A stretch of 64,000 bases of DNA from Alphaproteobacteria bacterium. GTDB taxonomy: Bacteria; Pseudomonadota; Alphaproteobacteria; Rs-D84. The notes beneath the pieces were generated by a model, which saw nothing but the letters and a program-made list of their open reading frames with translations, did not search any database and had not been told where the DNA came from. The stretch is taken from NCBI GenBank assembly GCA_017443235.1, contig JAFSOV010000017.1, positions 32,947 to 96,946 on the forward strand. The letters are read 5' to 3'. The position numbers were made by a program, and so were the translations under genes. Below, piece after piece: positions 40,563-50,697 of the stretch (positions are counted from its first letter, which is position 1; each line of letters opens with the position of its first letter).

Positions 40563-40639
40563 CCCTTGGCGGCAAATTGTTTTTTGTTTATGATTATGGG
40601 GCCGCGGATGCGACCCCATATTTATTAAAAGGTAATATT

Positions 40640-41590
40640 ATGCTAAAAGAAAAAATAGAAAAGACCAAATCATTAAATGAATTACAGGAACTGTATGCGT
40701 CAACGTTCGGTAAAAACGGTACAATGACCGCACGGTTGCGCGAGATGAAAAACCTGGATAACGATGCGCGTGCAGAATTGAACCGTGAAAACACCGAATT
40801 GCGCGAATTATTCAAAAATAAACAGGCCAAATTGGAAAACGCGGCATTAAACGCGACATTGGTGAATGAAAAATTGGATGTGTCGTTAAATGCCGAACCG
40901 GAAAATCGTGGCACAATTCATCCATTGACACAAAGTTTGCACGAAATATCAAAAATATTGGAATCGTTTGGTTATACACGTCATACTGGACCAGAAATCG
41001 AAGATGATTGGCATAATTTTACCGCATTGAATACACCGGCATATCATCCGGCGCGTGATATGCAGGATACATTCTTTTTGCCAAATGGAAATGTTATGCG
41101 CACACAAACATCGGCGGTTCAAATTCGTGCGATGGAATCTGGTGGTGTGCCAATCAAGATGTTCGCCGTTGGTTCAACATACCGCAAAGAAATGGATGCG
41201 ACACACGGTCCAATGTTTGGTCAAATTGAAGGGCTGTACATAGATAAAAACGTTACACTGTCCGATTTAATCGGTGATATACGCGCATTTTTCAAACGGT
41301 TTTTTGAATTAGATAATGTTGAATTGCGTATTCGTCCGTCATACTTTCCTTTTACCGATCCATCTATCGAGGTTGATATGAAATGGAACGGCGACAGATG
41401 GTTAGAAATGATGGGTGCGGGTATGGTTCATCCAAATATTCTGCGTAATTGTGGTGTTAACCCAGATGAATATCAAGGTTTCGCGTTTGGATTTGGTTGG
41501 GATAGACTCGCAATGTTGAAATATAACCTGCCGGATTTGCGTGATTTATATGGCAATGATGTTCGGTGGTTAAAATCGTGTGGCTTCTAA
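40640..41590 (+). CDS. pheS: phenylalanyl-tRNA synthetase alpha subunit
   Basis: Class II motifs (HPARDMQDTFF, FPFTDPS, GFAFGFGWDRLAM). Start at the in-frame ATG 40640. Confidence 0.9.
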   Translation: MLKEKIEKTKSLNELQELYASTFGKNGTMTARLREMKNLDNDARAELNRENTELRELFKNKQAKLENAALNATLVNEKLDVSLNAEPENRGTIHPLTQSLHEISKILESFGYTRHTGPEIEDDWHNFTALNTPAYHPARDMQDTFFLPNGNVMRTQTSAVQIRAMESGGVPIKMFAVGSTYRKEMDATHGPMFGQIEGLYIDKNVTLSDLIGDIRAFFKRFFELDNVELRIRPSYFPFTDPSIEVDMKWNGDRWLEMMGAGMVHPNILRNCGVNPDEYQGFAFGFGWDRLAMLKYNLPDLRDLYGNDVRWLKSCGF

Positions 41591-41605
41591 TATAGGGGTA
41601 TTGAT

Positions 41606-43912
41606 ATGAAATGGACATTTGATTGGTTGCGTGATTATTTAAAGACAAATTTATCCGCGGAACAAATTGCGGATACGCTTACACGGACGGGACTTGAAGT
41701 CGAAGAATTGACCGTGCCGGTGTCACCGATTGCGGCAAAAATTGTAGAATGCAAACCCCATGAAAACAGTGACCATTTGCATGTACTGATGGTTGACGAT
41801 GGTTCGGGCACCCTGCGCCAGGTTGTATGTGGCGCACCCAACGCATGTGTGGGTTTAATATCTGCGCTGGCGGTGCCGGGATGTGTTATCGCGGGGCAAA
41901 AAATAGAAAGCGGAAAACTTCGTGGTGTGGTATCAAACGGCATGATGTGCAGTGGTCTGGAACTTGGCGTAAACGATGACCACAGTGGTATTATTGAATT
42001 ACCCAAAAACACAAAAATCGGTTCACCGGTTATTGATTGCCCAACGGTATTTGATGCGGGAATAACACCAAACAGACCGGACTATTTGGCGGTGCGCGGT
42101 GTGGCGCGTGACCTGGCCGCGGCGGGCGCGGGCGAATATATCGCGCCACATGATGATAAATTCGTTGTGTCCGGTAAATCGCGCGGTGTTGAAATTAAAA
42201 CAGACAAATGTCGCGCGTATAAATTGGCGGAAATTCATGGTATTAAGATGGGCCCAAGTGCACCGCGTATTGCAAATCGCCTGCGTGCAATCGGTATAAA
42301 CCCCAAAAATGCGCCAATCGATGCAACAAACTATATTTGTTATGATATGGCACAACCAATGCATTGCTTTGATGCAGACGAAATTCATGGAAATATAGTT
42401 GTTCGTATGGCGCGCGATGGTGAAGAATTCACCGATTTATTCGGCGACACACATAAATTGACCGATACCGATATAGTTATTACCGATAGCGAAGGAATAT
42501 TGGCATTGGCCGGTGTGGTTGGTGGTGCGCGTGGTATGACCACAGATAAAACAAAAAATATTATTTTGGAAAGTGCATATTTTGACCCGGTCTGTGTTCG
42601 TAAAACATCGAAACGCCTGTCGATTTCAACCGATGCATCATATCGATATGAACGCGGAATTGACCCAACAATTACCGGGCCGGCATTGATGTGTGCGGTT
42701 AAAATTATAACCGATGCGTGCGGTGGAAAAATAATTGGATTTGCGGCGGCCGGTGATGATTCACCAACAAATCCTGTAATAGAATATTCAACCGATACAT
42801 TTGTTAAAAAGACCGGTATAGAAATGCCCGATAAAGAAATGCGCAATATTTTAACGCGTTTGGGATATACCGGTAAAATGGATGGTAAAAAATGGAAAAT
42901 AACGGCACCAAATTCACGCGTTGATGTTCAAATTCCCGAAACAGTTGTTGCAGATTTAATTCGTATTTATGGGTACGAAAAAATTGCCCAGAACGATAAA
43001 CATACAACCGGCGAAATTTTTGTGACGCCTGATTACGAATTGAAATTAAAAGAATTATTGGCGGCGCGCGGATTAAACGAATGTCGTTCATATGGATTTG
43101 GTAATTCACGGGTCGAAGAATTGTTAAATGAAAAACCGTCTGTAATGGTTGCAAATCCAATCGTTGCCGATTTAGATACCGCGCGTAATACGGTACTGGG
43201 CGGGCTTTTGATTGCGGTTGCAAATAATGAAAAACGCGGATACCCGGATTTGAATCTGTTCGAGGTGGGAACCGTATTTGATGGCGATATGCCGGGCGCG
43301 CAACACACGCAAATCTGTATTGTGCGCAGTGGCGTGACATCGCCAAAACATTGGCAGAAACGCAATCGCCCCGTTGATATATATGATGTCAAGGCGGATA
43401 TTGTTTCATTGCTAAACGGTCAAAACTTTACGATTGAAACCGAAAACCCGCCGCTTTGGGCGCACCCATATCGTTATGGTCGAATAATGCAGGGTAAAAA
43501 AGTTTTGGGTGAATTTGGCGAATTACACCCGTCGGTTGCGAAAAAATTAAAGATAAAAACAAATGTGTGCATTGGAATTATTGAAGACATAGAAAACCTG
43601 CCGCACAGGGTTTTGCCACACGGCCCGATTGTGATGAGTGAATTCCAACCGATAACACGCGACTTTGCGTTTGTTGTACCAAGTGATTTTCCGGCGGAAA
43701 AATTAGTTGCGGCGGCGCGCTATGCCACAAACCCGATATCAAGCGCGGTTGTATTTGATTCGTTTGAAATGCCGGATGGCAAAAAGTCCGTTGCTTTCAC
43801 GGTCACATTTACCCCACGTGAAAAAATGACCGAAGACGATTTATCGAAACTGCACAGTGATATAATCGCAGCGGTGGAAAAAAAGTGTCCCGCCCGCGTG
43901 CGCGATAAATAA
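41606..43912 (+). CDS. pheT: phenylalanyl-tRNA synthetase beta subunit
   Basis: N-terminal tRNA-binding domain, B3/4 and B5 regions, follows pheS. Confidence 0.9.
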   Translation: MKWTFDWLRDYLKTNLSAEQIADTLTRTGLEVEELTVPVSPIAAKIVECKPHENSDHLHVLMVDDGSGTLRQVVCGAPNACVGLISALAVPGCVIAGQKIESGKLRGVVSNGMMCSGLELGVNDDHSGIIELPKNTKIGSPVIDCPTVFDAGITPNRPDYLAVRGVARDLAAAGAGEYIAPHDDKFVVSGKSRGVEIKTDKCRAYKLAEIHGIKMGPSAPRIANRLRAIGINPKNAPIDATNYICYDMAQPMHCFDADEIHGNIVVRMARDGEEFTDLFGDTHKLTDTDIVITDSEGILALAGVVGGARGMTTDKTKNIILESAYFDPVCVRKTSKRLSISTDASYRYERGIDPTITGPALMCAVKIITDACGGKIIGFAAAGDDSPTNPVIEYSTDTFVKKTGIEMPDKEMRNILTRLGYTGKMDGKKWKITAPNSRVDVQIPETVVADLIRIYGYEKIAQNDKHTTGEIFVTPDYELKLKELLAARGLNECRSYGFGNSRVEELLNEKPSVMVANPIVADLDTARNTVLGGLLIAVANNEKRGYPDLNLFEVGTVFDGDMPGAQHTQICIVRSGVTSPKHWQKRNRPVDIYDVKADIVSLLNGQNFTIETENPPLWAHPYRYGRIMQGKKVLGEFGELHPSVAKKLKIKTNVCIGIIEDIENLPHRVLPHGPIVMSEFQPITRDFAFVVPSDFPAEKLVAAARYATNPISSAVVFDSFEMPDGKKSVAFTVTFTPREKMTEDDLSKLHSDIIAAVEKKCPARVRDK

Positions 43913-43913
43913 T

Positions 43914-43960
43914 CCCCTTCGCTGGCGAAGGGGTCCGGCGGAATCGCCGGGGGGTAGTGG
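43914..43960. repeat. REP-like unit CCCCTTCGCTGGCGAAGGGG-CCGGCGGAATCGCCGG-GGGGTAGTGG
   Basis: Starts 2 nt after the pheT stop codon. Same family as 62558-62603 and both halves of 54259-54394. Confidence 0.7.
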
Positions 43961-44084
43961 CGCGATGATATTTATATTATCGTTTTGGCCGGTTTTTACC
44001 GGCCTTTTTGTAAAAAACAAAATAATCATTGAAAATTCGCCAAAATGTTGTAATAAAGTCAAAAAAAGAACGAAAGGATAGAAT

Positions 44085-45449
44085 ATGTCTAATGTTATAA
44101 GTGTGGAACAAATCGCAGAAACAAACATTGAACCGACTTTATTGGCATCGCATGCGGCACGTATGTGCTATACGGCGGAATCTCCAAAGATTGGCGAGAA
44201 AATAGATGTCGAAAACCGGTTGTTCAAAACCGGTCACCATACAACATTGGAACATAATTATTTTACATTTAAAATAGAAGATATTCCGGTATCCAGTGTC
44301 GTGTTTGGATTGCACCTGACCGCGCCATTTTATAATACAGACCAACGTTCTGGGCGTTTTTCAAAGATGTATGATAATCCTGATATGGCCGGAATAAGAG
44401 ACACATTACAAACATATTATCCAAATGTTTCGGGATATGATATTATGCGCGCGTGTATGTTTATTGACATGGGTTTGGATATATATGCAAAAAACAAAAA
44501 TCGTGTGACAGAAATTGCACGTGACGCGATTCATCGCGAACGCCCAAAGGCAAGTGATAAATACATTGAACAAAATGCACCAAAATTTGCCCAGGAACAA
44601 TTGCGTATGTTTATTTCTATGATTGCACCAACGGCGTTGGATTACACAATCGATTTGCCGACACTGGCGGCATTTTATCGCACCGCATGGACACCGTTTA
44701 TGCGTGATGCGATTGATAAAATGGTCGGTATAGTCAAAACCAATCATCCGGATATTTCATATATGTTTTCGGGATGGCGCGACCAAGATTGGTCTCCAAA
44801 TATGTCAAAGTATTATTTTGGAACAAAATCAAAACCGGATTTTACATTATTGGATTACAAATATAACAAAAATACCTTTGCCCAGGATAAATCGCACGAT
44901 ACGGTTGATACACTGCAATTTAGTCCCGTATATATGGATAATTCACTTGGATATGTTCACAGCAGAATACACGTCGATGCCGGTGCAACAATGGGCCAAG
45001 ACCAACGTCATCGCAGTATTAAACGTTCGTCGCCGGTCTTTACAGGATATTTTTATTTGCCACCGTTGTTAAATGGTTTGAAAAATGATGCCGATAAATT
45101 TATGCATTCGTATTATGAATTGGTGCGTGATGCGAATATCCCGCGCAGTATGATAACCGCGATTGCCCCATACGGTGCAATGGTCCAATATGAAAAGCGT
45201 GCCGACCTGAACGCACTGATTCACGAACAAGGCAAACGCACATGTTGGTGCGCGCAAGAGGCGATATATCACATCTCTTGTGATTTGCGGCGCGATTTGG
45301 CGCAACATATTGGCGAAAATGCGGAATTGATGAAGTATTTAACACCACCGTGCCTTGCACACGGAAAATGTCCAGAAGGCCCGCGCTATTGCGGTCGCGA
45401 TATAGTCCGTGATAAAATCAACGGATATTTCAAACAAAGACAAATATAA
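44085..45449 (+). CDS. ThyX-family (flavin-dependent thymidylate synthase) protein, unusually long (454 aa)
   Basis: GHHTTLEHNYFTF and a QRSGRF element in the N-terminal half. RHRSIKRSS in the C-terminal half. Confidence 0.55.
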   Translation: MSNVISVEQIAETNIEPTLLASHAARMCYTAESPKIGEKIDVENRLFKTGHHTTLEHNYFTFKIEDIPVSSVVFGLHLTAPFYNTDQRSGRFSKMYDNPDMAGIRDTLQTYYPNVSGYDIMRACMFIDMGLDIYAKNKNRVTEIARDAIHRERPKASDKYIEQNAPKFAQEQLRMFISMIAPTALDYTIDLPTLAAFYRTAWTPFMRDAIDKMVGIVKTNHPDISYMFSGWRDQDWSPNMSKYYFGTKSKPDFTLLDYKYNKNTFAQDKSHDTVDTLQFSPVYMDNSLGYVHSRIHVDAGATMGQDQRHRSIKRSSPVFTGYFYLPPLLNGLKNDADKFMHSYYELVRDANIPRSMITAIAPYGAMVQYEKRADLNALIHEQGKRTCWCAQEAIYHISCDLRRDLAQHIGENAELMKYLTPPCLAHGKCPEGPRYCGRDIVRDKINGYFKQRQI

Positions 45450-45451
45450 AG

Positions 45452-45865
45452 ATGAATGCCGGGGAAAAGAATTTTCATACTGACCGTCGCGCATTTATAA
45501 TAATGCCCGATACGGGACTTACCGTTGCCCCCGTCGGGTTTTCCGGTGGGCATACGGAATTGCTTGTAAAACTGCACTATCCACGGTTGCGGTATGCGAT
45601 GGATAACTTTCCGCGTGGTTATTTTATGAATGATGAATTGTGTATTTATACCGGACATGATATGACGCCAGGCGCAGTATGGGAAATCAAGGAAAAAGAT
45701 ATGTATGTTGTAAAAAATACTATACCTGATTTTCGCCGTGTTTTTTCCGTGAACGATGAAACGCCGGTATATCTGGGGGTGCGGGTTGGTGAAATTGGCA
45801 AGGTTTGGGAAAAAATTCGCCGCACAACAATCAAAATGCTTGAAAAAGGAAATATTGTTATGTAA
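45452..45865 (+). CDS. hypothetical protein (137 aa)
   Basis: Starts 2 nt after the thyX-like stop codon. No motif recognised. Confidence 0.45.
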   Translation: MNAGEKNFHTDRRAFIIMPDTGLTVAPVGFSGGHTELLVKLHYPRLRYAMDNFPRGYFMNDELCIYTGHDMTPGAVWEIKEKDMYVVKNTIPDFRRVFSVNDETPVYLGVRVGEIGKVWEKIRRTTIKMLEKGNIVM

Positions 45866-45882
45866 AGTGTGTGTCACGATAT

Positions 45883-45958
45883 GCCGGTGTAGCTCAGTTG
45901 GTAGAGCATCTCATTCGTAATGAGGGGGTCGTAGGTTCAAGTCCTATCACCGGCACCA
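45883..45958 (+). tRNA. tRNA-Thr (CGU)
   Basis: GCCGGTG acceptor, anticodon arm CTCAT-TCGTAAT-GAG..., TTCAAGT T-loop, encoded CCA. Confidence 0.9.
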
Positions 45959-45959
45959 C

Positions 45960-46005
45960 GAAAAATTGTTATCGCGCACAATAAAGTGCGCGATTAAAAT
46001 TTTTC
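45960..46005 (+). terminator. A/T-flanked hairpin after tRNA-Thr(CGU)
   Basis: GAAAAATTGTTATCGCGCAC-AATAAA-GTGCGCGATTAAAATTTTTC. Confidence 0.6.
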
Positions 46006-46072
46006 AGTGCCGCGCCGTAGCATTGTACAGAATGCAAACGTAAATTTTCGTATGTATTGGCGAAGGCGGGCC
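46006..46072 (+). repeat. tRNA-linked module AGTGCCGCGCCGTAGC ... GGCGAAGGCGGGCC
   Basis: Same ends as the other copies. Confidence 0.65.
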
Positions 46073-46219
46073 AATCCTATAACTATCCCACGCAAAAAAG
46101 CGTGGGCTTAAAAAATTTTAGCCTGTCTCGGCGCAGCGAAGCGCAGACGGATGCCGCGCCGTTCCGCTTTCACTTCGTTACAGCGAGATTTAACGTAGGC
46201 GGACGAAATTCCAGATAAT

Positions 46220-46780
46220 TTACCTCGTTTTCTGCATAATCAATCGTGCCAAATAATCGGACAGTTCCGGTGAAATTGTGGCAACCGGTCTGTTTTTGCC
46301 GTGGACATCGGTTTTGTTGATATACCCATTTCCACGCATACCCCCACACCACGCCGTTCCATCGGATGCAAAGTTTATCGTATAATCGCCAATATGGCAA
46401 AATTGCGGCGCGTGACGTTGATGTTCGGTTTCTTCAAAATATGTGACGGACATCCAATTTGCATTTTGTATTTGTTCAACAACATCGCCCAGTTTTTTCT
46501 TATCAATTTCTTGCCATGGATTATAACTGTTTGCATCCCCAAAATACCGTGCAAATGCCCGCACGGACAATTTATCGTCATTATGTTTTTTTACATGTTC
46601 AACAAAGTGTTTTTTATATGTTTTGAACAACGGAACCCATTTGGTCATGTTTTCTATGGCCATAATATCTTCGCGCACCTTGCGGCCCGCAATAAAAATA
46701 CCAGTTGTTGCCGCAATTGCATAATCGCCGAACCACGCGGCATAGCCCAACCCCATATTCAATTTTTTATTATCTTTCAT
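46220..46780 (-). CDS. hypothetical protein (186 aa)
   Basis: Start trimmed to ATG 46780 (AAGGGA RBS). The longer track ORF would run into the ileS start region. Confidence 0.5.
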   Translation of the reverse strand: MKDNKKLNMGLGYAAWFGDYAIAATTGIFIAGRKVREDIMAIENMTKWVPLFKTYKKHFVEHVKKHNDDKLSVRAFARYFGDANSYNPWQEIDKKKLGDVVEQIQNANWMSVTYFEETEHQRHAPQFCHIGDYTINFASDGTAWCGGMRGNGYINKTDVHGKNRPVATISPELSDYLARLIMQKTR

Positions 46781-46992
46781 ATTTGTCCCTTTATATACTT
46801 TTACTATTCCATAAAAAGCGGCCCAGTCAATAATTTTATAAAATACTGGACATTTGAAAAACAATATACTAAAATCACCGGCGATGAAAACAAAAACAAT
46901 AATTATCATTAGATAAACCGGCGTGGCGCTTTGGCGTTGGCCTGGGCGCGTGTGGCGCCCGTTTTTTATGATAAAACCGCGGAGTAAAAAAG

Positions 46993-49900
46993 ATGGCATA
47001 TCCAAAAACAGAACCCAAAGCCAATTTTACAGAATTGGAACACGGTATAATGGAATTCTGGCGCAGTGATGATACTTTTCACAAAAGTTTGAATAAAACC
47101 AAACTTGGGCATCCTTTTACATTCTATGACGGGCCGCCGTTTGCCAATGGTTTGCCGCACTGGGGGCATTTGGGGGTTTCCGCGGTCAAAGATATGGTTT
47201 CGCGTTATCAAACGATGAAGGGTCGCTATGTTGAACGCGCATTGGGGTGGGATTGTCATGGTCTGCCGGCCGAGGCATCGGTTGAGAAAAAGCAAGGCCG
47301 CACCGCCAAGACAATTGTGGCGGATGATGGTATTGCGGCATTCTGTGATATGTGTCGGCGTGACGTTATGACATATTCTAATGAATGGTTGAAATTTATT
47401 GAACGTGTTGGCCGTTGGGTTGATGGTGGCGATAATTATGGTTATCGCACTATGGATAAAAACTTTATGGAATCCGTGATTTGGGCAATGAAAGAATTGC
47501 ATAACAAAGGATTGTTATACAAAGATTTCAAGGTAAATCCTTATGACTGGAAATTGGGTACGGTTTTGTCGAACAGCGAAGCATCTAGTGAATATCAAGA
47601 TATCGTTGATGACACGGTTACAGTTTGGTTCGAACTGGAAAATGGTGACCGTATGGTGGCGTGGACAACAACGCCATGGACGCTGCCTGCGAATTCTGCG
47701 TTGGCGGTGAACAAGAATATGAAATATGTTCGTATGCGTCACGATGATGGTCATGTATATGTTTTGGCGGAATCACGGGTTTCTGCGTATGAAAAAATCT
47801 TTGCCAATTCTACCAAGGTTGGTGAATATGTAGGCGCAGAATTGGTCGGTATGCGCTATACGCCGATTTTCCCGTATTACACCGAATTGGCCAAAGATGG
47901 TCATGGGTTGTATACGGTGATTTCTGGCGATTACGTGTCCGACAGTGATGGTACCGGCATCGTTCATATCGCGCCCGCATATGGTGAAGATGACTATATG
48001 GTGGCCAAGGCAATAGACCCGATGTTCCCGGTTATATTAAATGTCGATGATTATGGCAATTTTGATTCGACCGTCACCGATTGGGCGGGTGAAAATATCT
48101 TTGTCGCAAACCCAAAAATAATTGATTGGTTGCGTGCCAATGGCCGCCTTGTTAAAAAAGACCAGCACCGGCACAGTTATCCATTCGGCCCGCGCAGTAA
48201 AGAAAAACTTATATATCGCGCAACGGATGCATGGTATGTCGATGTTCCAAAGATTCGTGACCGCTTGGTTGAAATAACCAAAAATGATACAACGTGGACA
48301 TCTGCGGGAAATCGCTTTTTGTCTTGGATAGAAGGTGCGCGTCCGTGGGGTATTTCGCGCAATCGTTTCTGGGGCGTGCCATTGCCAATTTGGGAAAGGA
48401 ACGGAGAATACAAAATCTTTGGTTCAATCGCAGAATTGGAAGAATTCTTTGGTGTAAAGATTGATGATTTGCATCGCCCAACATTGGATGCGTTGGAACG
48501 GGACGGTTGGAAACGTATTCCGGATGTTTTGGATTGTTGGTTTGAATCGGGGTCTATGCCGTTTGCGTCACTGCATTATCCGTTTGAAAATCGGGATTTG
48601 TTTGAAAAAACTTTCCCGGCGGATTATATTATCGAAGGTCAAGACCAAACACGTGGATGGTTTTATCATTTGATGATTATGTCGGTCGCATTGTTTGACC
48701 GTCCGGCGTTCAGGGTGGTTTCCGCAAATGGTATGGTTGTTGATGAAAATAAACGCAAGTTTTCAAAGTCACTTGGTAACTTTGTGAACCCGGAACAACA
48801 ATTAGAGGTATATGGTGCGGACGCAATTCGCCTGTTTATACTGGGCAGCAATTTTATGAAGGCCGAACCGGTCCCAGTGGATAAAGAAGGTAAAGTTTTT
48901 GCGGAATCAATCAAAACAATTCTTACGCCGCTTTGGAACGCATATCACTTCTTTACGTTGTATGCGAATGCCGGGAATATCACTGCGCACGATGTTTGGG
49001 GTGCGCCGACACGTAATGTGTTGGATGAATATATCTTGGCGGAAACAAATGTATTGATGCGCGTTGTTGATAACGCGTTGGCGGAATATAAACCGGATAC
49101 GGCCGTCAAAGAATTTGTTCGATTCTTGGACGTGTTGAATAATTGGTATATCCGTTTGTCACGTGCACGTTTCTGGGACGAAGATACGGATGCGTTTAAC
49201 ACGTTGTACACGGTACTGGTTATGGTGTGCCGCGTACTGGCGCCATTTGCACCGTTTATCGCGGAATATATCTATAAAAACCTGACGGGCGCGGAATCTG
49301 TGCATTTGACCGATTGGCCGGTTGCAATAAGCGCAAATGAAAAAATCGTCGCCGATATGCGCCGGGTCCAAGAAATAGTGTCCACGGGAAAACAATTGCG
49401 CGAACAATATAAATTGCGTAATCGTTTGCCACTGGCGCAACTTACGGTTGCGGGTGGTGTGCCGATGCCGGAATACACAAATATCATCCGTGATGAATTA
49501 AATGTTAAATCTGTGGAATGGGTGGATAACACGTCCAAAGTCGCCGACAGTTTTATATATTTAATCACACCAAAGATTGGTGCGCGCCTGGGTGGTGCAT
49601 TGCGCGAAATAATCCCGGCGGTAAAGCGTGGCGATTATGAATTGGACGGTGATAAATTGGTTGTCGGCGAATATACATTGGCGCCGGATGAATTTGAAAA
49701 CCGTATGAATATCAAAGAAGGTGTGACGGGAATGCCGTTGCCGGATAATACCGCGGTTATCATTTTGGATACAGAATTAAATGCCGAATTGATTGCCGAA
49801 GGTTTGGCAAATGACGCGTTGCGATTCATCCAAGACACACGCAAAGAAATTGGTTTGGATGTGTCGGACCGTATAAAATTGACCTATACGGCGGATTTGG

Positions 49901-50037
49901 CGCTGTCGGGGGCGATTGAACAACACCGCAAACGCATAATGGCGGATGCTTTGATACGTGAAATGTCACCCGGTGCGGCGGAATATTTCAAAGATATAGA
50001 AGGTTATAACTTTGGTATATCCATAGAAAAGGCATAG
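46993..50037 (+). CDS. ileS: isoleucyl-tRNA synthetase (type 2 form)
   Basis: PPFANGLPHWGH, KFSKSLGN. 1014 aa with no C-terminal zinc-finger pattern. Confidence 0.9.
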   Translation: MAYPKTEPKANFTELEHGIMEFWRSDDTFHKSLNKTKLGHPFTFYDGPPFANGLPHWGHLGVSAVKDMVSRYQTMKGRYVERALGWDCHGLPAEASVEKKQGRTAKTIVADDGIAAFCDMCRRDVMTYSNEWLKFIERVGRWVDGGDNYGYRTMDKNFMESVIWAMKELHNKGLLYKDFKVNPYDWKLGTVLSNSEASSEYQDIVDDTVTVWFELENGDRMVAWTTTPWTLPANSALAVNKNMKYVRMRHDDGHVYVLAESRVSAYEKIFANSTKVGEYVGAELVGMRYTPIFPYYTELAKDGHGLYTVISGDYVSDSDGTGIVHIAPAYGEDDYMVAKAIDPMFPVILNVDDYGNFDSTVTDWAGENIFVANPKIIDWLRANGRLVKKDQHRHSYPFGPRSKEKLIYRATDAWYVDVPKIRDRLVEITKNDTTWTSAGNRFLSWIEGARPWGISRNRFWGVPLPIWERNGEYKIFGSIAELEEFFGVKIDDLHRPTLDALERDGWKRIPDVLDCWFESGSMPFASLHYPFENRDLFEKTFPADYIIEGQDQTRGWFYHLMIMSVALFDRPAFRVVSANGMVVDENKRKFSKSLGNFVNPEQQLEVYGADAIRLFILGSNFMKAEPVPVDKEGKVFAESIKTILTPLWNAYHFFTLYANAGNITAHDVWGAPTRNVLDEYILAETNVLMRVVDNALAEYKPDTAVKEFVRFLDVLNNWYIRLSRARFWDEDTDAFNTLYTVLVMVCRVLAPFAPFIAEYIYKNLTGAESVHLTDWPVAISANEKIVADMRRVQEIVSTGKQLREQYKLRNRLPLAQLTVAGGVPMPEYTNIIRDELNVKSVEWVDNTSKVADSFIYLITPKIGARLGGALREIIPAVKRGDYELDGDKLVVGEYTLAPDEFENRMNIKEGVTGMPLPDNTAVIILDTELNAELIAEGLANDALRFIQDTRKEIGLDVSDRIKLTYTADLALSGAIEQHRKRIMADALIREMSPGAAEYFKDIEGYNFGISIEKA

Positions 50038-50039
50038 GT

Positions 50040-50693
50040 ATGATAACGCCACAGCAATTTTTTGAAATCGTTCCGAAAAACCTGAATATGGATATTCGGT
50101 CGGAATTGTATTCCATAAACGAATTCACTTTTGCTGTGGCGGTAATACTCTCGGCCCAGGCCACCGATAAAAAGGTGAACGAGATTACACCTGCCCTGTT
50201 CCGCGTTGCGCCGACCCCACGTAAAATGCTAAAATTGGGAATTGATGGATTAAAAAAACATATTCGTGTAATTTCATATTTTAATAACAAGGCAAAAAAC
50301 ATTATCGCACTGGCTGAAAAATTGGCGGAATTTGACGATGGTGACGACACCCAATGGGTGTTTCCAGAAAAATATCACGACCGCGCGGAACTTATGAAAT
50401 TACCGGGAATTGGGCAAAAGACCGCAAACGTTATTATGAACGTTTTATGGGGGGCGCCGAATATTGGGGTGGATACTCATGTTTTCAGGCTTTCCCACCG
50501 GTTTGGTTGGGTTGCGACCGCGGTAAATACCCCGCCCCGGGTCGAGGCAGAATTGTTAAAGAAAATTCCCAAAAAATATCATGCAATAACAAATCATGTG
50601 ATGGTTCTGTTTGGGCGATACACGTGCACCGCGTTGCGTCCAAAATGCACAAAATGCCCCATTGCAAAATATTGTGATTTTAGGTGGAATTAA
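50040..50693 (+). CDS. nth: endonuclease III
   Basis: HhH LPGIGQKTANV, DTHV, and Fe-S cluster ligands C-x6-C-x2-C-x5-C. Confidence 0.9.
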   Translation: MITPQQFFEIVPKNLNMDIRSELYSINEFTFAVAVILSAQATDKKVNEITPALFRVAPTPRKMLKLGIDGLKKHIRVISYFNNKAKNIIALAEKLAEFDDGDDTQWVFPEKYHDRAELMKLPGIGQKTANVIMNVLWGAPNIGVDTHVFRLSHRFGWVATAVNTPPRVEAELLKKIPKKYHAITNHVMVLFGRYTCTALRPKCTKCPIAKYCDFRWN

Positions 50694-50697
50694 ATTA

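Noticed and set aside
39875-40619. Minus-strand ORFs (88 and 205 aa) opposite rpmI and rplT
   Set aside because: They are antisense to two unmistakable ribosomal protein genes. These are shadow ORFs.
46781-47005. N-terminal extension of the 186-aa hypothetical protein (track start 47005)
   Set aside because: It would overlap the ileS start and promoter region. It encodes a low-complexity hydrophobic stretch. The internal ATG at 46780 has an AAGGGA RBS.
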